Of a stretch of DNA of 26,382 nucleotides, positions 16,448 through 23,756 are shown piece after piece. This stretch comes from Elusimicrobiota bacterium (lineage in GTDB: Bacteria > Elusimicrobiota > Elusimicrobia > Elusimicrobiales > UBA9959). The stretch spans positions 1-26,382 of the forward strand of contig JBAXKK010000031.1 in NCBI GenBank assembly GCA_037137395.1, read 5' to 3'. The stretch's first letter is position 1, and each line of letters opens with the position of its first letter. The notes beneath the pieces are model-generated. The model did not search any database and had not been told where the DNA came from. It saw only the letters and a list, made by a program, of their open reading frames with translations. The position numbers were made by a program, and so were the translations under genes.

Positions 16448-17137
16448 TTAGTCGGTCTTCAACAGCGATATCTCTATGCGGCGGTTCTTGGCGCGCCCTT
16501 CTATAGTGGTGTTTTCCGCTACTGACCGGTTTTCCCCGTAGCCGATGCCGGCCAGTTTCTTGGGATCCATCCCGGTAGATTCCAAAAATTGTATGACGCT
16601 GTAGGCCCTGGCCATGGACAGCTCCCAATTAGTTAAATACCGCCCGGCACGTATCGGCACATTGTCGGTATGGCCCTCCACCTGCACTTCATTAGGAAGC
16701 TTCTTAAGTTCCTCGGCTATGGATTTAAGAACATCTTTAGCCCGCCCTCTCAGGTCCGCCTTGCCGGAATCAAAAAGCACCGCTTCGGTCAGAACTAGTC
16801 TCACCCTGTGTTCGTTAGAATCTATCTGGACCAGATTGGACATCTGATTAGTCGCCATGCTCTCCTTAAGCTTGTCGGCCACTTTATCTTCCTGATCCTG
16901 GGCTTTGGCGCGTTCGACCTGTTTTTTGTCTAACTTGCCGCCGAAAGCTTTCTGAATGTTGACGAGGGATTCCTCGTATTTACGGGTCTTGGCCTTGTCA
17001 GTCTTGGCTATGGAGAACGAGAAGAGCACCAGAAAGAATATCATCAGATAGCTCATAAGGTCGCCGTAGGTGACGGCCCAAAGAGCGCCCTTATTCAGCT
17101 GATTTTCCAGTTCCTCCCTCCGGTTTCGGTGTATCAT
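16448..17137 (-). CDS. motB: MotB-like stator subunit (TM with conserved Asp + OmpA-like peptidoglycan-binding domain)
   Basis: WAVTYGDLMSYLMIFFLVLF (MotB TM motif), LFDSGKA, VEGHTDNVP, NWELSMARA, NRRIEI. Confidence 0.9.
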   Translation of the reverse strand: MIHRNRREELENQLNKGALWAVTYGDLMSYLMIFFLVLFSFSIAKTDKAKTRKYEESLVNIQKAFGGKLDKKQVERAKAQDQEDKVADKLKESMATNQMSNLVQIDSNEHRVRLVLTEAVLFDSGKADLRGRAKDVLKSIAEELKKLPNEVQVEGHTDNVPIRAGRYLTNWELSMARAYSVIQFLESTGMDPKKLAGIGYGENRSVAENTTIEGRAKNRRIEISLLKTD

Positions 17138-17141
17138 AACG

Positions 17142-18500
17142 TTATTTGCTTCCCTCTCTGAAAAAGCCTTTTAATTTGTCTCCCGTCTCATTTTTAATCC
17201 GCTCAAGCCCTGACGCATCCTGCCTGATCCCGGCCAGCAACGCTTCCATGGCCTCAAAATTTTTACGAACAAGCATGCCGGAAACTCCCAGCGCGGCACT
17301 GAGCCTGTCTTTGTCCACCTCATTTATCAGGCCGGACAGCGTCTCCTCCAGTGCCGCCATCTTTTTTAATGAAACATCCGCAGAGGAGCCGATAAAATCC
17401 AGCACGGCCGCGTTTGAAAGGGCGTCCGCGTATTTCGTGTTAAGGGCCTCAAAGTGCCGCTTATTGCGCTGCTCAAGTTCAGACAGGAATTTCCCGCCTT
17501 CGCGGTCCAGAGTTTCGCTTATCTTCTCAAAATTCCCCTTAAGAAGGGCGGCGGTGTCTGCCGTATTTTTGGCGACGGATTCCTGCACCCCTTCAGCTCT
17601 GACCAGATTCTCACGCGCCGCGCGGTTAAAATTATCAAGCATGACCCGCATGTCAGCCATATATCCGGAAAACTCTTTTTTAAAAAGCCCTATCTCTTCG
17701 GACGCGTCCCGGCGGCTCCGCTCTAGTTCGGCTGTAACCGAACCCGGCATCAGTTCCTCAAACATGGCCCGCAAAGCCGCGGCCTGTTCCTTTCCGAGAG
17801 CGAGGGTCTCCTCCCGGGTCCGGGTAAGTTCGGCCATAACTTCTTTTTTAATATCCGCAACCACCGCGAGGGAAGCGTTCTGAGCCAGAAGTTTGGCCTC
17901 CACGGCCTGCGTGTGCAGTTCAAGCCTGGCGGCCAGAGCCTCTATCCTGCCGCCGAGGTCCCTGGAAAGCATGCCGTCTATATCCTCTTTCTTCTGCTGG
18001 CCGGTCAGGATCGAGCCGTAAAAATCCATCAGCTTTTTTTCCAGCTCTTCCACCCGGCGCCAGGATTTCTCAAGCTGGTCGTGCATCTGGCGGTCAAGTT
18101 CGGAATACTTCTGCTGTTCGCGCACGACTTTGAGCAGATCTTCTATCTCGCGGCGGGCGCTGATCTTGGACTCCTCAATATTTTTAATCTGGCTGGACGA
18201 CACCATGGCGCTGCGGGCAAATTCTTCCAGCCGCTTATCCAGCTCGCCTATTCTGGTCAGCAGAAATTGAGCGTTCATGTCCGGAGGCCTGGGCGCGGCC
18301 GGAACGGATCCTTTTAAAGCCTCTCCAATTTTTTTCTCGAGTACGGCGGCGATAGTTCCCTCCAGCGCCTCCATCTTCTGCTTAAGAGCCGTAATGTCCT
18401 GGTCTGAAGCAGCCGGTTTGGGCGCGGACGCGGACGCCGGAGAGAACGGGGAAGCCGGAGCTGAACTCAATCCGGCGAAAAGTGAATTTTTCTTTTCCAT
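17142..18500 (-). CDS. Uncharacterised cytoplasmic coiled-coil protein
   Basis: 452 aa, no signal or TM segment; Pro/Ala/Ser-rich N-terminal linkers then E/K/L-rich heptad helices; 4-nt gap to motB start. Confidence 0.8.
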   Translation of the reverse strand: MEKKNSLFAGLSSAPASPFSPASASAPKPAASDQDITALKQKMEALEGTIAAVLEKKIGEALKGSVPAAPRPPDMNAQFLLTRIGELDKRLEEFARSAMVSSSQIKNIEESKISARREIEDLLKVVREQQKYSELDRQMHDQLEKSWRRVEELEKKLMDFYGSILTGQQKKEDIDGMLSRDLGGRIEALAARLELHTQAVEAKLLAQNASLAVVADIKKEVMAELTRTREETLALGKEQAAALRAMFEELMPGSVTAELERSRRDASEEIGLFKKEFSGYMADMRVMLDNFNRAARENLVRAEGVQESVAKNTADTAALLKGNFEKISETLDREGGKFLSELEQRNKRHFEALNTKYADALSNAAVLDFIGSSADVSLKKMAALEETLSGLINEVDKDRLSAALGVSGMLVRKNFEAMEALLAGIRQDASGLERIKNETGDKLKGFFREGSK

Positions 18501-18575
18501 AAATATTCCCCGAAACCTTCAAAACTTCTTTCACGGATGCTTAAAACAGATGTCGCGGCGACTGAGGAGACCTGG

Positions 18576-19313
18576 CTAACCCAGATAAGCCTGCAGCCTA
18601 CGCTCCACGACTATAGGAATGCTGCCCTTCATTATCTCCAGAACGCCATCAAGGATCATGGACTTCATTTTCACATCCAGCCAGATCCTGGAGCGGATCT
18701 TGCCGGCTATAGGCACGCAAACCATGTTAGCCAGGAAGATGCCGTAAAAAGCCGAAGTGATGGCTACGCCCATAGCGGGACCGACGTTTTCCGGGTTTGC
18801 GAGGTCGCGCAGCACGCCTATGATACCTATAAGCGTACCCAACAGGCCGAACATGGGCATAAGAAGACCCATGGTTCGGTAAACATTTGCCACTTCGTTG
18901 ACCTCATCCGCCCCCTGGTTAATTTCCTGCTCAATTACCTGCTTTACGAAATTAAAGTCGTTGTACTCCAGCGCGGCCAGCGAGACGCGGCTCAGAAAGC
19001 CTTTTGCAATGGTAGGATCAGCGTCCTTAAGAGCGGACAGCCCCCTCATCCGGCACTGTTCCGCCAGGCTGGTCATGACTGGAATGATTTTCTTGACATC
19101 GCTATTGTCATCCAACATAAGGGATTTTAGTCCCACAAACGCCTTGACCAGATGTACAAGCGGTGTATTAAGCAGCATAGCCACAAAACAACCGCCGAGC
19201 ACGACGAAAACGCCGTGCAGATTGACCAGCGAATCCGTAAGCTGCTTGGTGATGATACCCACAAAGATAAGCAGCCCGAAAGCGAACACTCCGAAAATAG
19301 TACTTAAATCCAT
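18576..19313 (-). CDS. motA: MotA/PomA-like stator subunit
   Basis: MDLSTIFG start, VVLGG, 4 TM segments, PMFGLLGTLIG, GPAMGVAITSAFYGIFLAN...PIAGKI; RBS GGGAG. Confidence 0.88.
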   Translation of the reverse strand: MDLSTIFGVFAFGLLIFVGIITKQLTDSLVNLHGVFVVLGGCFVAMLLNTPLVHLVKAFVGLKSLMLDDNSDVKKIIPVMTSLAEQCRMRGLSALKDADPTIAKGFLSRVSLAALEYNDFNFVKQVIEQEINQGADEVNEVANVYRTMGLLMPMFGLLGTLIGIIGVLRDLANPENVGPAMGVAITSAFYGIFLANMVCVPIAGKIRSRIWLDVKMKSMILDGVLEIMKGSIPIVVERRLQAYLG

Positions 19314-19369
19314 AGTAATCTCCCTTTGTACCGTTCAGTTAAATTGTACGGAAACGATGTTTCAGAAAA

Positions 19370-19393
19370 GTTATAATAATATTACATTATAAC
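19370..19393. promoter_or_regulatory. Palindromic bidirectional promoter / operator candidate
   Basis: GTTATAAT-N8-ATTATAAC: TATAAT on both strands; the minus-strand copy is TGtTATAAT (extended -10) facing motA. Confidence 0.55.
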
Positions 19394-19477
19394 AACGCCA
19401 TTGGCATAGTCCCCGCGGTTCGCCGGATCTCATAGTACTTATATGGTATTTATTATACAATAAGCGAATTAAACATC

Positions 19478-20206
19478 ATGATTAAATTCACTTTATGGAT
19501 TGTTACCCCGGACGGGGAAACATCTGACAAATGGCTCAGCGTGTTTTCCAGAGCGCGCTTCAGCGTCACTCCACTCCCGGACCTGGCGGCCATCGGCAGT
19601 ATATCCAAGGACGCCTGGGGACTGGCTTTAGTGGAAATATGCGACACCGGGCTCGCTTCACCTAAAGATCTAAAAACTCTGCTGAGCGGAAGGAATAATA
19701 TCGCGGTAATAGTCTTCAGCCGTCCTGGCAAAATCTCTAATTCGGAGATCTCCGGTTTCCTTGAGAACGGAGCCGACGATTTTATAACCAGCGATATAAA
19801 CGAAGAGGTGCTGCTTGCAAAAACAAAAGCCCACATGCGGCGTCTTTTACCCAGTCTGAACATGGCCAAGACCCAGATCAAATCCGCTGACGGTCATATT
19901 GAAGCGGACAGAGTCTCAAAAACAGTGAAACTGCGCCTCCCATCGGGCAAAAACAAGATCTTGGACGATCTCACGCCGAAAGAATTTGAAATTTTTTTCA
20001 TGCTCATGAGCAACGAGGACCACGTTGTCTCAAGAAAATCCCTGATGGAAACTATCTGGCAGGAAAAATCCGGCCATGTTAATTTTGAAACCATAGATAA
20101 ACATGTGGAAGCTTTGAGACATAAATTGGGAGCGTACGGGGAAAACATTAAGACCGTTTACGGGACCGGATACACTTACAAAAGCCGGGCGGAGGAAACC
20201 TTATGA
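19478..20206 (+). CDS. Atypical OmpR/PhoB-family response regulator
   Basis: wHTH LTPKEFEIF...IDKHVEALRHKLG...IKTVYGTGY; receiver has ALVEI (Glu at phospho-Asp position), VTPD, and no Lys (DFITSD). Confidence 0.87.
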   Translation: MIKFTLWIVTPDGETSDKWLSVFSRARFSVTPLPDLAAIGSISKDAWGLALVEICDTGLASPKDLKTLLSGRNNIAVIVFSRPGKISNSEISGFLENGADDFITSDINEEVLLAKTKAHMRRLLPSLNMAKTQIKSADGHIEADRVSKTVKLRLPSGKNKILDDLTPKEFEIFFMLMSNEDHVVSRKSLMETIWQEKSGHVNFETIDKHVEALRHKLGAYGENIKTVYGTGYTYKSRAEETL

Positions 20207-20577
20207 AAATACTGATAGCTGAAGACAACGATGTTTTCAGGGACCTGCTGGCGGAAGTACTTATTGAGGCCGGTTATGAAGTGGCCGCGGAGATGAACGG
20301 CCTGCTGGCCTGGGAGAGGCTCCAGGCTGAAGGGGCGGATATGGCGGTGCTGGACGTGAACATGCCGGAGATGGACGGATTCGAATTATTAAAACACATA
20401 AGAAGGGACGGCAGATTTAAGAAAATGCCCGTACTAATGCTGACAGTCATGACACAAGCCAAAGACCAGGTACGCGGCTATGAAACCGGGGCCGACGACT
20501 ACCTGCCCAAACCCTTTAATAACGACATCTTGTTGGCCAGAATGAAGGTCCTTGAGCGCCGCATTTTAAACAAATAA
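20203..20577 (+). CDS. Single-domain response regulator (CheY-like receiver)
   Basis: ILIAEDN, VLDVNMPEMDG, LMLT, DDYLPKPF; ATGA overlap with upstream gene. Confidence 0.93.
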   Translation: MKILIAEDNDVFRDLLAEVLIEAGYEVAAEMNGLLAWERLQAEGADMAVLDVNMPEMDGFELLKHIRRDGRFKKMPVLMLTVMTQAKDQVRGYETGADDYLPKPFNNDILLARMKVLERRILNK

Positions 20578-20666
20578 CGCATGTAGGCCGGCCTCGGGCA
20601 CGCCCCCCCTCAGTTAATGCGGCAATAGTGATGACCGAGGTCTAAATTTTATATACTTTAACTGAG

Positions 20667-20691
20667 AGGCTGGAATCAGCCTTTTAGTTTT
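20667..20691 (+). terminator. Possible intrinsic terminator
   Basis: aggctg gaat cagcct followed by tttagtttt. Confidence 0.5.
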
Positions 20692-20707
20692 CCCTCAGGA
20701 GAATATC

Positions 20708-20956
20708 ATGACAACAATAATTACAGTATGCGTAGTCGCAGCGACCCTGGCTTTCATCGCGCTTGCAGCGCAAGCGATCCTCACCCTGAGACAGGTCCGC
20801 TATACCGCCAAGGCCGTGGAATACCTCGCCCTGAACGCGGACGGCAAACTTACCGCCCTTGACCCGGTAGTCAGCGCCGTTCAGACCGTCGCCAGCGGCA
20901 TCTCATCCGGCTGGTTTCGCGCGGCGCAAAGCATCTACGGTTTTTTTAAGAAATAG
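20708..20956 (+). CDS. Small single-TM protein (DUF948/YoxC-like)
   Basis: RBS AGGAG; N-terminal TM then amphipathic helix. Confidence 0.65.
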   Translation: MTTIITVCVVAATLAFIALAAQAILTLRQVRYTAKAVEYLALNADGKLTALDPVVSAVQTVASGISSGWFRAAQSIYGFFKK

Positions 20957-21003
20957 GAAAAGGCGCGACAGTAATTACCACAGCTCTTCACCAGGGAGAC
21001 AGA

Positions 21004-21495
21004 ATGCTCAAAGCTTTAAACATATTAAGCAGCCTCTACGACAAGGAAACACTCAAGAAAATAGATTTCCTGAAAAACATCCGGCTTTTTGAAGGGATTA
21101 AAAAGCGGGATCTTATCCACATTCTGGAAAACCTACAGGAGCGCACTTATCTTAAGGGCGAGACCATTTTCACCCAAGGCGACATAGGCCGGGCCCTGTT
21201 CATAGTCTTCTCGGGCAAGATAGCCCTGTCCAGGCTGGAGCGCGGCACAGAGAAGAGCGAGATCATCGCCGAAGTACAACCCGGGGAATTTTTCGGTGAA
21301 ATGGCGCTTCTTGAAGAGATGCCCAGAACCGCCACCGTTTACGCTCTTGAAGAAACCAAAGTCTTCATGCTTTTTAAAATAAAACTGGAAACGCTGCTTT
21401 TCGCGCGGCCCAAGATCGGCGTTGTCATCGCCACACAACTGGCCAAGATAATGTCGGCCCGCCTGCGGGCGGTCATAGAGAAGCCACAGGCGTAA
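21004..21495 (+). CDS. Cyclic nucleotide-binding domain protein (stand-alone)
   Basis: GETIFTQGDIG, FIVFSGKI, GEFFGEMALLEEMPRTATV; no HTH; RBS GGGAG. Confidence 0.9.
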   Translation: MLKALNILSSLYDKETLKKIDFLKNIRLFEGIKKRDLIHILENLQERTYLKGETIFTQGDIGRALFIVFSGKIALSRLERGTEKSEIIAEVQPGEFFGEMALLEEMPRTATVYALEETKVFMLFKIKLETLLFARPKIGVVIATQLAKIMSARLRAVIEKPQA

Positions 21496-21512
21496 AGAAG
21501 CCTGAATATTTT

Positions 21513-22589
21513 ATGTCCAACGAAACCGCCGCTAAAAGGAGTTACCAGGAATTCATCCTCCCGGTTTTTATCGTCCTGGGGTTCACCTATCTGCTGGTAC
21601 TGGCTAAAGGCGCGGTATTCCCGTTCATCCTAAGCGCCGCGCTCGCCTACATCCTGAACCCTGTCATAAAATACTTTGAAGTGCGCGGAATAAAGCGGCT
21701 GTACGCCGTTATAGGCCTCTACATGACCGTAGGCGTCCTCATCTTTATCGGCATCTATCTTCTTTTTCATTTCCTTTCTTTTGAGATGGACACGCTGCAA
21801 CAGTCATGGCCGGCTTACGCCGACCGCATTCAGCAGTTCGTTCTGAACCTGAACGCCAAGCTCGTAGAAAGTTATCCGTTCCTGGCGGGTTTAAAACTGA
21901 ATGAAAAGCTCACGCATACCCTGGAGATCATACCACAGTTCCTGCTGACGCTGCTTCCGGTCCTTACGCTGCTTTTTCTGGTTCCTTTTATAACATTTTT
22001 CATACTGCTGGGCGGCTCAGATATACTTGATTATCTTATGGACCACGTCCCGTCCCGGCACGCGGAAATTATACTTCACATCGCTTCCCGAATAGACGCT
22101 TCACTGGGCAACTATCTGCGCGGCATCCTGACCGAAGCCCTGATAATTTTTCTCATCGCCTTCACCGGCCTTTTGATAATGGATTTGAATTATTCGGCCT
22201 TCATCGCCATACTGATAGGTTTTTCAAGCCTGGTTCCGTACGCGGGCGCTTTTGTCGGGGCAGTGGTATCGTCCATAGTCGCATATTTACAGTTCGGCAC
22301 CACGCTGCCTATCATAAAAATCCTGATTTTTTTCACCGGCATCCGCTTTCTGGACGATTGGTTTCTGCAACCCTACATTATGAAAAAGGCCGTAAAACTC
22401 AACCCGGCCATAGTGCTGTTCGCTCTATTGGCCGGCTGGGAGCTTGGCGGCATCTGGGGCATAATTTTTTCTATACCCGTCACCTGCGTCATAAAAGAGA
22501 TAATACAGATAGCCGTGGAACTGCAGGAAACCGAGTTCCGCTGGAAACCTAAAGCGGAACCTACCCGGATAAGCATTCCCTACACATAA
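21513..22589 (+). CDS. AI-2E (PerM/YhhT) family transporter
   Basis: PFILSAALAYILNP, YLRG, VPYAG, LQPYIM...LNP, GGIWGIIFSIP. Confidence 0.9.
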   Translation: MSNETAAKRSYQEFILPVFIVLGFTYLLVLAKGAVFPFILSAALAYILNPVIKYFEVRGIKRLYAVIGLYMTVGVLIFIGIYLLFHFLSFEMDTLQQSWPAYADRIQQFVLNLNAKLVESYPFLAGLKLNEKLTHTLEIIPQFLLTLLPVLTLLFLVPFITFFILLGGSDILDYLMDHVPSRHAEIILHIASRIDASLGNYLRGILTEALIIFLIAFTGLLIMDLNYSAFIAILIGFSSLVPYAGAFVGAVVSSIVAYLQFGTTLPIIKILIFFTGIRFLDDWFLQPYIMKKAVKLNPAIVLFALLAGWELGGIWGIIFSIPVTCVIKEIIQIAVELQETEFRWKPKAEPTRISIPYT

Positions 22590-22590
22590 A

Positions 22591-22616
22591 AAAGAGACGC
22601 CACCCGGCGCCTCTTT
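22591..22616. terminator. Bidirectional terminator-like hairpin between AI-2E gene and tRNA
   Basis: aaagagacgcc accc ggcgcctcttt flanked by A and T runs. Confidence 0.65.
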
Positions 22617-22654
22617 CACTTTTATAAACCTCGTCACGATAGCCGCAAAAGCTT

Positions 22655-22738
22655 TGGGCAAGGAGGGAATCGAACCCTCACGACCGTGAGATCACAGGTT
22701 TTTGAGACCTGCGCGTCTACCAATTCCGCCACTTGCCC
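22655..22738 (-). tRNA. tRNA-Leu (CAA), CCA not encoded
   Basis: Reverse complement GGGCAAG TGGCGGAATTGGTAGACGCG CAGGT CTCAAAA ACCTG ...long variable arm... GAGGGTTCGATTCCCTC CTTGCCC A. Confidence 0.96.
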
Positions 22739-22874
22739 GTCTGTCGCGCCCCGCGAGGGGCTATAATCCGATACATCACAATTCTACAAAATTATTCCGC
22801 TTTCTTTTACGCGTCAGGGATGAGGCGCACTAATAACAGCCCCTGACCGGCTATAATTCGGTACTTCATACCGG

Positions 22875-23633
22875 TTACTTTGCAGTACCGGATACCGGCT
22901 TTGCATCGGGTATGGCCAAAAGCACGTCTAACGTCACCGGGCGGAGCCCTTTTAGCGCGGCTTCCTTCAACACTTGTTCGGTTATGCGCAACGTTCTTTC
23001 CCGGCCCTTCCCCCCGCCGTCGTGCATGAGAAGAATAGCGCCCGGCTTCAGATTTTTAAGGTATCCCCACGTCATTTCTGCTTCCGGCATATTTATCCAA
23101 TCAATGCCGTAGGTCCAGTTGACCAAAATATAGCCTTTTCGGGTTGCCACTTTTCTGACCCAGTCCCTGTCATAGCCGTTCGGCATGCGCAAAAACACCG
23201 GTTTGATTCCGGCGGCGTCCGCGATGGCGGCGCCGGCGCCGTCCAATTCCCTTTCCAGTATCTTTTCGCGGTCGGCGCTTTTTCCGACCTTCGGATAAAA
23301 TTCATGTTTATCCGTATGGTTGCCGATCAGATGACCGGCGGCGCGCTCGGCCGCTACTTTTTTGGGATACTTACGGACGGCTTGGCCTGTCACAAAAAAA
23401 GTCGCCCTGGCATTGTATCGGTTCAGTAATTTCAGCAGATCCTCAGTTATATATCCGGGCCCATCATCGTAGGTGAGCGCGAACTCGGATTTTTTGGGAC
23501 TGCCTTCCGCGAAAAATTTCCCGGCGTATGGATTGGCCGCGAAACAGTTACCGGAAGTTAGCAGCAAGTATCCGGTAACAAACAGTAACCGGTAACCGGT
23601 AACCGGTAAAACACCGAAATATATTTTTTTCAT
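22875..23633 (-). CDS. Secreted polysaccharide deacetylase (NodB / CE4)
   Basis: TYDDGP, GNHTDKH, RMPNG, LLMHDG; likely start MKKIY at 23633 (GTG at 23639 possible); signal peptide ending CFA. Confidence 0.92.
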   Translation of the reverse strand: MKKIYFGVLPVTGYRLLFVTGYLLLTSGNCFAANPYAGKFFAEGSPKKSEFALTYDDGPGYITEDLLKLLNRYNARATFFVTGQAVRKYPKKVAAERAAGHLIGNHTDKHEFYPKVGKSADREKILERELDGAGAAIADAAGIKPVFLRMPNGYDRDWVRKVATRKGYILVNWTYGIDWINMPEAEMTWGYLKNLKPGAILLMHDGGGKGRERTLRITEQVLKEAALKGLRPVTLDVLLAIPDAKPVSGTAK

Positions 23634-23749
23634 CTTCACACCTTTAACTTATCCCTGATTACCGGTTACCGGTTACTGGTTACTGGTCACCGGCCACCGG
23701 TTACCGACCACTGGTCACTGGTTACTGATTACTAGCCACCGGATACCGG
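23572..23749. repeat. Pair of mutually inverted heptamer arrays (CCGGTAA)n in the signal peptide and (TTACYGG)x13 upstream
   Basis: 23659-23749: ttaccgg ttaccgg ttactgg ttactgg tcaccgg ccaccgg ttaccga ccactgg tcactgg ttactga ttactag ccaccgg ataccgg; 23572-23609: ccggtaa caa acagtaa ccggtaa ccggtaa ccggtaa. Confidence 0.92.
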
Positions 23750-23756
23750 GCAGTAC

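Noticed and set aside
16448..19313. Canonical Zorya defence system or ExbBD/TolQR
   Set aside because: No ZorC/D/E neighbours and MotA lacks a fused tail; the partner has an OmpA-like domain unlike ExbD/TolR.
20586..20640. HDV-like ribozyme (starts GGCCGGC)
   Set aside because: No complementary P1 3' strand or other HDV core elements found.
22600..22760. Integrated element at tRNA-Leu
   Set aside because: No integrase and no duplicated tRNA 3' end noticed in the window.
23659..23749. Possible CRISPR array
   Set aside because: 7-bp units with no spacers and no cas genes.
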